Of a stretch of DNA of 64,000 bases, positions 22,107 through 35,300 are shown piece after piece. A program made the position numbers and the translations under genes. Location of the stretch: assembly GCA_026936335.1 (NCBI GenBank), contig JAPMXV010000031.1, forward strand, positions 1 through 64,000. The letters run 5' to 3'. Origin of the DNA: Mantamonas sphyraenae STR306. Its lineage: Eukaryota; Protista; CRuMs. A model generated the notes under the pieces. The model was given only the letters and a program-made list of their open reading frames with translations. It ran no database searches and was not told the DNA's origin. Each line of letters starts with the position of its first letter. Positions within the stretch are counted from its first letter, which is position 1.

Positions 22107-24700
22107 ATGACCACCTCTGTCTGGGAATCCCAACAAGTTTCCCTTTCGGTCCAACAGCTCGAGCGTGTCGAAGCGCTCAAGGACATCCTCTCCCAACCTG
22201 CCCTTCCTGCAGACCTCCCACACGACTCCGCCCCTTCCGCCACCGCCGCCACACACCCGTCTTCCCACCAGTCCTCCGACCAGTCCTCCCGTGACCCGTC
22301 CTCCCTCGGCCAGCTCGGCGTCTTTGACGGCAACTCCGTCAAAGAGTTCTACGAGTGGTACGCCCAGGTCGACACCCTCATGGAGGCCCAACGCGAGGAG
22401 AAATACGTGTACGTTCTCCGATGCCACTTCCACCCCGTCCTCCCACCCCTTGTTTCCCTTCCCCGAGCACGCGCCCCGTCCCCGTTTCCGCACCCGCCCC
22501 AACTCACCATCCCCGCACCCCCAGCTCCTTCCAAACAACCATTCAGAGTTACGTCGACACCCTCAACACCCTACTCAACAGCACCGATCAGGCCCTCACC
22601 CATCTCAACGCCCTGGAGTCTGAACACACAAGCGTCGCCTCCAAAACAAACGCCTTGCATCTTGCTTGCGAAGACCTCCTCGCCGACCAGCAAAAACTCA
22701 CCTACCTCGCAGAATCCCTCCAAACCAAACTCGACCACTTTCGCGAGTACGACCGCGCCTCCCGCCAACTCGCCAGCGCCTCCATGACTGCAACCTCGCC
22801 CGATTTCCTCCCGCTCCTCCGCCGCCTCGACGACTCTCTCACCTTTGTCCGCAATTCCCGCTCCCTTAGGGACGCCCGTCTTTACGAAGTCCGCTTCCAC
22901 AAGCTCCACGTCAGGGCCCTCTCCCTCGTACGCAACCACGTCATTGCTCTCCTCCGCAGAACCACACTCACACTCCAGGAGAAGATGGCTGCCGACGCCG
23001 ACGCCAGCGACACCTCCCTTCCAGACCCTGACTCCGCCCTCTTCAACGTCAAATTCCGCAACCTCGCCACCGACCTCCGCGACCTCCTCCTCGAGCTCGA
23101 GAAGCGAGCCAGCACAGACCAGGGCGGCGTGCACGCTCGACTCCCGTCCTCCTCCGCTTCCTCCTCCGCTTCCTCCTCCACTTCCTCCTCCCCCAACGCA
23201 GACGATGATGATGATGACAGCGAGCTCGGCAACCTCATGTACGACTGCCACAACTGCTACTACATGCAGCGCCGCACCCTCGTCTCTCCCCTCGTCACAA
23301 AACGTATCCAAGACCTCGCCCACAATCACGACCTCGTACAGCTCACCCGCTCCGCCTGGACCTTTGTCTCTCGCGTTTGCCAATCCGAGTTTGAACTCTA
23401 CCACCTCTTTTTCAGCACAAAGAACGAGGGCCTCGCAGAACTCCTCTCCCTCATGTGCGGCGAGGTCTACGACGTCCTACGGCCCCTCGTCATCCGCTGC
23501 GTCGACATCGGCATGATGTGCGACCTCATACACATCATGAAAAGCGAAATCATCGACGGTGAGCTCAGCGTACGCGGCGATCCCGAGGGTGTCGTCGGCG
23601 AAGTCGTCCGCCACGTCATCCAGGACGTTCAAGAACGCCTCGTCTGGCGCACCGTTGTCTACATCAAAGAAGAGATTGCAGAGTACGATGACTCTGCCGA
23701 CCAGCCCGACGTGCACTCCGCCGACGACGTGGCCTCCACGCAGCAGCCAAACGACCAAGCAGACACGCCCATCCTCGTCGGCCAGGCCCAGACCCCGCTT
23801 TCCAGGTTTGCCTCCTACCACCAAGCCCTCTTCCGCACCCTCACCCTCCTCGTGCGCATTTACCCATGTATCGACAAGTCCATCTTTGAGGGTATTGCAC
23901 AGGACGCTGTCAGCGCTTGCACCACGCGCCTTGCCGAGGCACGCCAGGCTCGTGAAAAGGCCTACAACCGCATGGACAGCCAGCTTTTCTTCATCCAACA
24001 CCTCCAGGTCCTCCAAGACGCCATCCGACCCTTTGACGTCCAGTTTGTCCGCCAGGAACAGAGCCTCGACTTTTCCAACGTCCGCGCCGCCTTTGCTCGC
24101 TTTGTCGACAACCGTGCCGCCGTGTTTTCCCTCGGCTCCGATAACGCAATCCTAGGCCTCGTTCAGGGCGGCACTCCACACGTCGTCCATTCCCAGCGCG
24201 ACTCCAAAAAGGATCTTGAGCAGGTCCTCAAGGCCGTCTGCGACGAGTTTATCATCGATGTCACAAAGCTCGTCACAGAGCCCCTCACAGACACCCTCCA
24301 GAAGCTCCACTCCTTCCTCAACGTCAACCAGGACGCCTCCCGTACGCTCCCCAAGCAAAAGTTTGCCAAGCCCGCAAAGCTCGGCAAAACCCTCACCGCC
24401 GTCCGCCAACGCATCGACGACGACCTCGTTGCCGTTGCCCAGCGCATGAACGCCTTCCTGCGACGCTCCCCTGTCTCCCAGAGTGTCCTGTACGACCCTA
24501 TCCGCACAAACATCCTCGACGCCTACTCCCAACTACGTGACATCCTCCAAGCAAACTACGACCAAGAACAAATCGACATGCTGGTCGACACCTTTGAACT
24601 CGACTCTATCGACTCTATTCTCGACCGCATCCTCTTTGCCAACAGCGCCTCCTCCTCCTCCTCTTCTTCCTCCTCCTCCTCCTCCTCCGCATCTAAATGA
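22107..24700 (+). CDS. COG3: Conserved oligomeric Golgi complex subunit 3 (Sec34)
   Basis: Intron 22409-22524; FYEWYAQV, VASKTNALHLACEDLL, VCQSEFELYHLFF, YDVLRPLVI, IQDVQERL, QLFFIQHL. Confidence 0.93.
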
Positions 24701-24739
24701 ACAACGTTCCTCCCCACCCTCCCTCGACCCCCATCCCTT

Positions 24740-25282
24740 TCACCGAAGCGCTGCTGCATCCACAAACGCCTCCAGTTCAACCGCGGCTTCCCCTGCCACC
24801 ACCGGCCACTCGTAGAACGCAAGCAACCACCTGCCCAACGACAGCTCAATCAACACTGCGCCACTACTCAACGTTGTGTCCAGATTCCGTGCATGCCACC
24901 TGTCCTTGCTCGCGCACACAAACAAGAAACTCTGGTCGCACAGAGCCACGCTCTGCTTGTACAACTCCCCGCTCGCTGCAAGCTTGCTCACCACCTTGGC
25001 CTGCTCCGCGCTGATCTCCATGTGCTTGTACGTCAACACACCCACCTCTCCTTCGTCATCCACGGGGCCCAGCAGTACTGCCCCTGTAAACACTGCCTGA
25101 TCATTGTCTCCTGCGCCAGCACATTCTCTCTCTCGCGTCAGTTCATCACCATCCTCCCTCTGCCTCTCCCTCTCTCTGTCTGCCACTCCCTTCTCTCCTC
25201 CCTTCCCCCCTCCCCCACCCCACTCCCTTCTGCACTCACTCCCTTTGATCGGCAGAATCGCCAGCGGATCCACCTCGCTCAT
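24740..25282 (-). CDS. Divergent profilin-like protein
   Basis: Intron 25111-25239; about 137 aa with a profilin-like C-terminus (SSGAVLIEL...LLAFYEWPVVAGEAAVELEAFVD). Confidence 0.6.
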   Translation of the reverse strand: MSEVDPLAILPIKGSECRREWGGGGGKGGEKGVADRERERQREDGDELTRERECAGAGDNDQAVFTGAVLLGPVDDEGEVGVLTYKHMEISAEQAKVVSKLAASGELYKQSVALCDQSFLFVCASKDRWHARNLDTTLSSGAVLIELSLGRWLLAFYEWPVVAGEAAVELEAFVDAAALR

Positions 25283-25333
25283 CGTTTCGCCTGCCTCCCC
25301 CAGCGCTTCCCCCACCGCAGCCAACTCACGCCT

Positions 25334-25337
<4 letters not shown>

Positions 25338-25368
<31 letters not shown>
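25338..25368. repeat. (CA)n microsatellite in a divergent spacer
   Basis: About 15 CA units. Confidence 0.9.
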
Positions 25369-25369
<1 letters not shown>

Positions 25370-25373
25370 CCTC

Positions 25374-28300
25374 ATGTCCTCTCAGGAGCTGGAAAGGCGG
25401 TTGCTAGACCGCTTTGCAACCCAGCCCCTCAGTGACGACGACGCTGCCGACGACGAAATCGGTTCCTATCGCAGCGCCGACACCGTCGACACAGAGCCCA
25501 CTGCCAGCGGCGATGACTCTCCGTCCGATCCTCGCCGCTCCGAATCTCCGTCCGCTGGTCGCACCCTCAAGCAGACCATGTCCACGTATGCCACCAGCAC
25601 CCCAACCCAGGAGCTCGAGGCTCGTGTTGCACGCCAGGCCCAAACACGCCGCCACAAGAGCCAGGAAAGCTACGACTTTCTCAACCACAAGTATCTCTAC
25701 ACCAAGCTCGCAAAGTACAAACAAATCGTCGACGAAGAGCTCACTGCTTTCATGTCCCGCCTCAAGGCCAAGCAACGCCACAGCGCAGAACTCGCCTCGG
25801 CCGTTTCCTTCGAAGACCAGCTGGGCTTCGAAGACGAGAAGCAAGACGTACGCACCCATCCCCGCCGCCTTTGCACCTCCATGGGCCTCCACCTACACCC
25901 CTTGCCCGCTTTTCACACTCCTCTCCTGTCCCACCACCTGCACGTCCCTCCCGACACCATTTTCGTTTCCTCGCCTCACCTCCCTCCCTTCTGCTCACCC
26001 GTGCACTGCCCGCCTCCCGCCCTGCCCTCCCATCCCACTCCCTCAGTTCTACGATGCTCTCTACCGCAGCAGTCAGGTCATCCTCGACATGGAAGTCGAG
26101 GATATGCGCGGCGGCATGCTCCGCGACATGGTTCTGGAGATCCAACGCATCCAACAACACGCTCTCAGCCTCGGTCTCCCCATACGCGACGCCTCCAAGT
26201 GGCTACTCATTGTCTCTCGCTGCAACAGACTTATCGAATGCCTTGTATGTCCCCTTGCCCGTTCCGCCTCCCTCGACAGATCCCAGCACTCACCTAACCC
26301 CCCTCCCCGCACAGGATGGTGTCGAGCCCTCCTCCTCTTCCTCCGACGCCCCGTCGCTCTCGGGCGACGCCAAGCCCTCGCTTCCCGCAGCCCTCTCCTT
26401 CTCCAACACCACGCACGACCTCTTTGCAGGTGTCCCTCCAAAGTCCGCCTCAACAACCACCCTCCATGTGCCCCAAGCCACCATCAGTCCAGCCTCCTCC
26501 GCTTCTTCATTCACCTCCACCACAGCTGCCCAAATCGAAATCCTCACCCCAGAGGTTCCCGCAGGCCTCGAGCGCCAAATCAACGAAATGGGCCACAACT
26601 TGCCCCACCGCTCCAACAAGTACAAAAAGTCTCGCTCCCACACACTCACCTCCTGGACAGATACTCTCGAGGCCTTTCAGCCCGACAAGCTTGCCCTCGC
26701 ACGCTCTGCCTCTGAATACGCAGACCGAAACGATGTACTTGACGCCGACGACGACACAGACACAGACGATACACAAGACACAGACGACGACGACGACGAC
26801 GGCGACGACCAAGACTTTGCAGACGTCGATAACCTCCCTTCCGCACACCTTGTCCCGTCCTTCTCCCTCACAGACGCTCAAGACGAGGAGGAGGTCGAGG
26901 TCGAGCTCCTCGTCTGCCGCATCTGCGAGGAACACATCCCTGCCCCCATGATGGACCTCCACAACGACGTTTGTGTCGACCACCACGCATTCAACGTGTA
27001 CATTGACCGCTGCGACCAAAACATCATCGACTTTGTCTACGAAGTCCTACCCGAGGCCTCGCACGCAGCCATGGACGTCAACCTCGTCTGCAACGGCGTG
27101 ACAAACCTCGATGAACTCAACTACCAGACTCATCTCGATCCCCTCGTGCGCGACTTTGAGCGTGCCCTCAGCAATCACACCGGATTCGACCACAAGAAGC
27201 GCTCCACCCTCTCCAAAGAATTCCGCCGAAGACTCCGCGAGGAGGTCGACATCCTCATTGAAAAGATTCGCTTTGAGCACGACCATGCAGACGCCCTCCT
27301 TCTCGACATCGACGACATCCTCATGGTCCCCGGCGACCCGGAAGACGGTGACGAAGACCTACGCCTCCTGTCTCCGCGCACAAAGGACAGCCTTGCCCCG
27401 GCCGCCGCCACAACGCACTCCTCAGCCTCCTCCGACTCCGAAGGTTCCACCGCATCATTTGTCCAGCCCTTCCGCAGGCCACGCTCCCACTCCCACGCAC
27501 CGGCCCCGACCATCGACGACTTTGAGGTCATCAAACCCATCACCAGTGGTGGCTTCGGCGCAATCTTTATTGCGCGCAAGCGCATCACAGGCGACGTCTT
27601 TGCCATCAAGGTCCTCAACAAGGAGGAGCTTGTGCGCAAGAACCAGCTCCAGCGCGTGTTTTACGAGCGCGCCATCCTCGCTCGCGTCGACAACCCCTTT
27701 GTCGTCAAGCTCTATTATTCATTCCACTCCGACAAAAACCTCTACCTTGTTATGGAGTACATGCGTGGAGGCGACCTCTTCTCCCTCCTCGAAAGCGTCG
27801 GTCGCTTCCCCGAAGATATGGCTCGTCAGTACCTTGCCGAGCTCGTCTGTGCCCTCGAATACCTCCATGACAACAGCATTGTCCACCGTGACATCAAGCC
27901 AGACAACATTCTCATCAACGACGACGGCCATATCAAGCTCACAGACTTTGGTCTCTCCAAAATGGGCATGCTTGACGTCCAGCGCAGCATCAACGAAGGC
28001 CTTGGCCTCAATCTCGACGACCTTGCCAGCGAAGAGAGCGACGCCCTCGCCACCGCCTCCACAGACTCCGTCTCTCCTTCCCCCGGCCCGTCGACCGACG
28101 AAAAGCCGCGTACTCGCCCACGCAGCAGCTCCGTCACAAAAGGGCCCAAGAAGCTCATCCGTCAGCCTTCCTACGGCTTCCTGCGTGGCATCAACGCCAT
28201 GCGCCAGAGCAGCGTCCCTGGCAACGAGCTCACTTCCCTCGTCCAAACCATGTACCCCGACAGCGAGCACACCCACAGCGGCGGCTCCGCCCCGTCCTCA

Positions 28301-29230
28301 CCACCCCCGGCCCCAACCTCATCCCAGCAACCTGCTCAGCTGGCTTCCTCCTCCTCCTCCTCTTCCTCCTCCTCCTCCTCCTCCGGCCCATCGGAAAAGC
28401 CCAAGCACAGAGCCTACTCGCAAGTCGGCACCCCCGATTACCTTGCCCCGGAGATTGTCCTCGGCACAGGCCACTCTGAAATGGTCGACTGGTGGTCTGT
28501 CGGCGTCCTCATGTACGAGTTTCTCACCGGTCTGACCCCTTTTGCCGCAGACACGTACGAAAAGACCCTCGACAACATTCTCAGCTGCAAGCTCACATGG
28601 CCTCCGGCCCACCTGCTTTCAATCAGCGACGAGGCTCGCGATATGATCACACGCCTCCTCACCGTCCAGCCAGACCTCCGCCTTGGCGCAGGTGGCGTCC
28701 ACGAGGTCAAGCAGCACCCGTTCTTCCGCCAGATCGACTGGGCACATATCCTCGACGAGCAGCCCATGTTTGTCCCTCGTGCACAGCCAGAGACCGACAG
28801 CAGCTACTTCAACGCACGCTCTCGCGTCTTTGCCGTCCCAGGCGCCACAGACTTTATGGACGACGTCCTCAAGACCAAACATGCTCACAAGAACGCAGCC
28901 AAGAGTATCCTCGAGCACGCAGGCTCAGACCCCACTCCCATCAACTCCACCTCCTCCGAGAAGGATCTCTTTGAAACCTTTGACTTTGTCAACCTCAACC
29001 ATCTCAGCAACCGCAACCGCACCATGGCCTCCTCCTCCTCCTCCACACCCGTCCCCGACGCAGAGCCTGCCAACGACTCCACAGCCCCCACCTCCACGTC
29101 TTCCACCGCCTCCTCCAACTCCTCCTCCAACTCTACCACGCCCTCCCGCACGGGGTCCCCGAAACCCGGCCGCTCCTCCACAACCAAGCTCGAAGAAGAG
29201 TTCCGCAGGCCCCGTGCATTCTCCAAATGA
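25374..29230 (+). CDS. AGC kinase of the MAST/Greatwall/IRE/Rim15 family
   Basis: Introns 25848-26046 and 26245-26314; zinc finger CRICEEHI...HNDVC; IKPITSGGFG, HRDIKPDN, DFGLS, long insert, then VGTPDYLAPE, DWWSVG; hydrophobic motif FETFDFVN. Confidence 0.93.
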
Positions 29231-29286
29231 GTGAAACCACCACCATTCCCCTGTACACGTTTGTTATTCCACCTTTCCACCCTCGT

Positions 29287-29982
29287 TCACACATCCAAAT
29301 CCTGCAGCACCTCCTCAATCATCACATCATCCATTTTGTCCTTCAGGCTCGGTATCAGCGTCTTGGCCTCGTCCACCTCGTCCGGCACCAGGTTCAACAA
29401 CGCCGCCACCTCGAATTGCTGCAGTCCCAACTTTTCGTCCTCGAGCTTCTTCCGTGCGTCCTGAACCTGCTCGCTCGAGCTGAACTTTACAAACCGCCTG
29501 CTGTACTCCAGAGTCTTGTCCAGCATCCTATACCCACCCGCACACCAGTCAGTCGCCGCTCCTTCCCCCTTCCCTCCCTCTCCCTTCCCTTTTTCCTCCC
29601 CGGCACTCACTCCTGCTGTTCCCCGCCCGACTGATCATCCTCGCGCGCCGTCTTGATTTTCTCCAGCAGAAAGAACAGCTCCGACGTGCTCAACGTCTGC
29701 TCGTTCTGAAACTCTGCACTCCAGTCAAATCCAACACACGCACACACACACACACACACAACCGCACACACAAACACCGTCCCCCATTGCGTCCGTGCCC
29801 CACCCGCGTCTCGTGCGTCAGTTCCATGCGGCCTCCCTCTCCAGCCCCACTCTCCACCGTGCCCCCTCACCACCGCCACCCACCACACTCAACTCCCTTT
29901 CCTTCCACCTACCGTCGCCCAGCACCAGGTTCGCCGCATCTTCAGCTTGGTGTGCTGCCTTGCTGCTTGACGACAGAGACAT
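29287..29982 (-). CDS. RPB4: RNA polymerase II subunit RPB4
   Basis: Three exons (introns 29714-29912 and 29528-29610): EDAANLVLGDEF...TLSTSEL...KTLEYSRRF...FEVAALLNLVPDEVDEAKTLIPSL. Confidence 0.95.
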
Positions 29983-30041
29983 CCTGGAGACACAGTGTTG
30001 CTTCGGCTGCCGCGCAGCACCCAAACAAAGAACAAACACAA

Positions 30042-32346
30042 ATGGAGGGCTTGCTCGACACACGCTACTCTGCTTCGGCAAAGTGGAAGCCCGCCTACTT
30101 TCTGTACCACGACTGGTGCACCAGCCTCTCCTGGTACCCCGACGAGGACAGCCGTAGCCCGCTGGGACTTTGGCCCTGCACGACTGCGTCCTCCGCCAGC
30201 TTACAGACCCGGAGAGCGACGCACACCCAAATCTCCTCTGCCTCACCCACGACGAACGTGGCGATCTCTATCTCTCCTCCGACAACAAAGCCATCCTCGA
30301 CGAGTGGGCCGCACTTTTCCAAGCCGCCCTTGACGAAACCCCGCACGGCGCTCAGCCAATCGTGTGCGACACCCCGGTCAACGCCTACGGCAAATCCCAC
30401 GACAGCCTCGACCCCATGTCCATCTCCTCTGCCACATCTTCATCCTCCTCCTCCTCCTCTGCTTCCTCATCCTCCTCCTCTGCCGCCTCTGGCAACAGGG
30501 CCTCGTGTACGTTGTTTCCCCTCTCACCGCTCGCTCAGGAATCTGTTTCACACGCCCCATCCCAGACCTTTTGCTCACAACGCCCCTTACAATACGCCCC
30601 CTTCCCGCACCCATCGCACGTGCGCTCCCGCCCCCCAAACCTCCACCCCTCCACCCTACCCTCTCAGCATTCCTCGGCAACCTTTTTGGCGGCGGCGATG
30701 GCGACGAACAAGAAATCTCCACCGACGAACCAGGCTACGTCCTGGCTGGCCACATTTACCATATGGGCGCCACCATGAAAAAGTGGAACAAGCGCTATGT
30801 GCGCCTCAGCCACACCACCCTTGCTCTGTACAAAAACAAGTCCAACCGTCAACCCACCCTCGAGGCCGACCTCGCCTCCATCCGCTGTGTCCGCTACGTC
30901 GAGGGCACTGCGCAACGCACCAGCATCTTTGAGGTCGAGCGCCAAGCTGACTCCTCCATCTTCCTCTCCGCCGCCAGCGAGCTCCTCACCGCACGCTGGG
31001 CAACCTCCATTCGCAAGGAGGCCTTCTCCGGCCTCGTCCTCCTCGCCGCTCAGAACGCAGACTCCGATGCCCTCTGGAAGGCCGTGCGCAACGGTGGCTT
31101 CCTCTCCACCACCACCCTTGACGAACAGCGCACGCCCCTTCATCTCGCCTGCCGCGCACACAGCACCCAGCTCATCCGCGAACTTGCCCAGCGCAAATCC
31201 TCACATCCAGGCGACAAAGGCATCGACGTAAATGCTCGCGACGTCTCTGGCAACACCCCCATCCTTTTCTGTGCCACAGACGTCCAAGCCTACCGCGACG
31301 AGCTCGTCCAGCTCCTCATCCTCAAGCGCATCCCCGGCTGGAACACACAGGCCATCGACCTTCACCTCACAGACTGGAGGCTCGAACGCAACGTGCTCCA
31401 CCATGTCGTCGCCGCTGGCTCCCGTGAGCTCGTCCAGTTTCTCATCGACTGCTTTCCCGACGAGGCCCAGGCTTGCGCAAACCAGAAGGACAAGGCCAGC
31501 ATGACTGCACTCACCATTGCCCTCAAAAACGCACGCGAGGACATCGTGCGCATCCTCGTCGAGGGCGTCGCCGTCGACTTTGACGTCCTCGACGATCACA
31601 ACCGCACTCCGCTCCACTACGCTGCCCACTCGGGCATGCTCAAGTCCACCATGGCTTTTGTAGAAAACGTTTTTAGCGACTCGTCCATCGACACCTCCGA
31701 TGCAGAGGGCCAGACTGCCCTTCACCACGCAATCGCAGGCGGACATCTCGACGTCGTGGACTACCTCCTAAGCGCAGGTGCAGATGCCCTCCGTTGCGAC
31801 GCAAAGGGCCAATCTGTCCTTCACCTCGCTGCTTGGTCCGGCAAGGCCGACATGCTCCACATGCTCCTCGACATCGACGGCGTTCCCGACCTTGCGCCCC
31901 ACGGCGACGCTGAAGGTACCACGCCCCTCATGGTCGCCGTCTCAAAGGCCTCCCACGATATCGCTCTTGCCAGCACCCTCCTTGAACTCGGCACCATCGA
32001 TGTCAACGCCCAGGACGCCATCGGCTGGACCGTCCTTCATCACGCCGCATGGGCTGGCCACGTCGCTGCTGTCGAGCTCATGAACGACTACAAGGCTGAC
32101 GTCAACATCACAGAGCCCAGCAAGAACGCCACGCCCCTCCTCTTTGCTGTCAGCAAGGGCCACCTCGGCATCGTCGAGTACATGGTCGTTGGCATGAAGG
32201 CCGACGTCAACGTCAAACTCAACACAGACATCTCCGCCACAGACATTGCCCTTGCCAACGGCCATGACGGCATTGCACGCTTCCTCAAGGACCACGGCGG
32301 TCACTGGAACAACGAGTTTGACGAGCAAGAGTCCAGCCCAGCTTGA
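30042..32346 (+). CDS. Tandem PH-PH-ankyrin repeat protein
   Basis: PH1 (KWKPAYF...ILDEWAALF, needs one extra G at 30164-30166), intron 30507-30667, PH2 (KKWNKRYVRL...WATSIR), about 11 ankyrin repeats. Confidence 0.85.
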
Positions 32347-32379
32347 AGCAAATCAAAATCCAAGTTTCCCCTCCGCCAC

Positions 32380-35300
32380 ATGGACTCCATACAAACCATG
32401 GACACTATGGACACCAGGGGGCAACTCCACGCACAAGACGTGGACTCATCCACGGACACAACAACAGACACGCTCCCCTCCTCCTCCTCTTCTCTTCCTC
32501 TCCTCTTCCTCTTCCTCTTCCTCCTCCTCCTCCCCCAACACCACCACCAACAACGATTCCCAACGTGTTAACCACCATCTCACTTGGAATGACTTGGAGC
32601 TCTTGTTTGCAGCAGACAACGAAAACGAACACGATCACGACCTCTCCCACTCCAGCCAGCCCCAGGCCCCAGGCCAAGCCACGACCCAACATTTTGCCCC
32701 CCAAAAGGCCGCCCTGGTTCCTTTCGCCTGGTGGTCCGAGTCCCAGACTGTGCGCAACGAGCTCGGCCTTTACGACGGCAGTGCGTCCCCCAAAGGTACC
32801 ACGCCTCCCCTCCTCCGCCCGCTTCACATCTTCCACCGCACACACACGCACACACAACACTCACACACAATCCTCCCTCCCGCTCCCCGTTCTATGATTC
32901 CCTCAACCTTTCCCACACGCACACCACGCTCTCCATCTCGACCTTCCCCTTCTTCTGGTCCCTGCTTTTGCGCAAACCCCCCGTTTGCCACAGCCCTCCA
33001 GATCACCCTCGATCGCCTCCGCATCGAGTCCTCCACCCTCCTCGCAAACGCCACAAGCTCCCCTTTCTCCGTCCAGTTTCTCCGTCGCCAGCGCATTCTC
33101 GATGAGTTCAACGCGGTCTACATCCTCCAACGTGGTCAGCAGGTAAGCCATGTCGCACGAAATTTCCAATTCTCACCTCTCCCGCACCGTCCCTTCTCCC
33201 CGCCACTCACCCACACCTCCCTCTCTTTGTCTCTTGCAACCTTGCAACCTCCCCCCTCTCTCCCGTCTCCCGTCTCACACTCCCTCTTTTGCTCATCCCG
33301 CTCGCAACCCTTGCTCAGACTCGCTGGACCGAGAGCAACTCCGCTGCCAGCACTTCCCACAACGACTCGCGCTCCTTCCAAGCAAACCTCCTGGCCACCA
33401 CTCTCGCCACAGTCGGTACGGACAATCCCCACATCAACCAACAACTCGTCGCCCGTATCATGGACACCTACGACACCACCTCCAACCTCCAGGTCGCCTC
33501 CCTTGCGCACGAATCTCCCCTCGTCCACGCTCAGCTCAACCAGTGGCTCCTTGACATCTGCGCAGACCAGCAATGTGACACGCACACCTTCCAGCTGGCC
33601 GTCCGCTGTCTCTTTCGCGCCACCCTCCTCCGTGGCTCTGTCGCCTCCTTCCTTGCACTCCTTGCCCTTGGCTTCGCCTCCTCCTCGCCCCTCTCTGGCG
33701 ACCAGCTCACCTTTGCTGTCCACCACGAGCTCGCTGTCCTGTCTGACTACATGACCCAAACCCATGACCAACACCTCGATCTCGACGCCTACACACAAAT
33801 CGAGCTCACTTTCGACCAACTCCGCCACAGTCTCTCCCTCCTCGCTGCCGCCCTCGCCCGCACAGCTATCGACTACACCGCCATGCCCGACAACCGCAGT
33901 TCCCATGTCCCTCTCCTGGTTCAGGTCCATCCACAGACCATTGAACTCGTCTTTGCCATCCTCCAGACCTGCGACGACTCCCAAATCGTCACCTGTGTCC
34001 TCCAGCTCCTCTGCGCAACCGTCCGCTGTATCTCCTCCCCCGCCCAACTCGGCGACTCCAACCTCGCCTGCATCGAACCCTTGCGCACCCTCCTCTGGTC
34101 TCTCCACAAGCAGCAACACTACGCCCAACTCGTCATGGATATCTTCCAAGCTCGTCTCGATCTTTTCTACCCAACCATCGCCAGCTGTGCACGCATGTTC
34201 CTTGCCACCATGGACCAGCCACAGGCTGTCACTGGCATCTGCACAGCCCTCGCCATGCTCCCAACCCCGGAGCACATCATCACAATCACCGAACCGGCCT
34301 CCGATGCTTCGGAGCATTCCACACCACCCCTTACCATCGGCCAAGCAATCGTCCAGGCCCTTGTTCAACCTCTCCTCGCCCCTCCTGATGACGATGCCCT
34401 CCCGCGTACTCTTAGCTTCCGCCGCCTCCTCCTCACCATGCTCCGCAACCTCGTCTCAAACCAAGACTACGACGTCCTCATCGACCTCACTCGCACCGTC
34501 ATCACACAGATAGACGCCTTTGTTTGCAAAATCGCACACACAGACCCGCTCACCTGTCCCCTCATCGAGTTGCTCCTTCCGGCCCTCCTTCACCCCCTCT
34601 CCCTCCTGACAGACCCCTCCTACCACTATCGCCTCCTCGAGCTCGTCGACCCCGCCGTCAACCTCCTCCAACACATGTCCGTCCGCGATTTTGCTCCCTG
34701 GACGTACTCGCAGCAGTGCCTCGCCACTCTCGTCTCACGTACCCTGTGCTCCCACATCTTCTCTGTTCCCATGCACGAGGACGACAACGCGCACGACGAC
34801 CACACACGCCACTCCCACCCTACCTCCCCTGCCTCAGATCGCTCCCTCTTCGACGCCATTGCCTTCTGCGACCCCGACGAACAGTCCACCACGCAGCTGG
34901 ACCACCGCGCCTTTGTCCACTCCCTCGCCAACCTACCCCAAGACGACCCGCGTGCCGTCGCCCTCATTGCAGCACGCCCCACCCGTGGTCTCAACATGCT
35001 CAACCCCCTTTACCTCTCCACCCTCGCCTGCTTGCTCCGACTTTCACCGCAAGCTTGCACCGAAGCCGAAACCTGGGCTGCCTCCGACCCGCTCCCGTCT
35101 CTCCCATCCTCCCTGCGCACTCTATGCAAGGCCACGGCGCCCCTGTATGCTCACTTTGCTCGCATTCGCAACCAGTCCCACCAAGACAGCGACTCTGTGA
35201 TGCACACACACATCCAGCGCTCCACTCAAAAGGCTCAAGTCATTGCAGAGTGGGCCGTCGACTCTGTCGCGTCAGACGCAACCCAACTCCTCCTCGCCAC

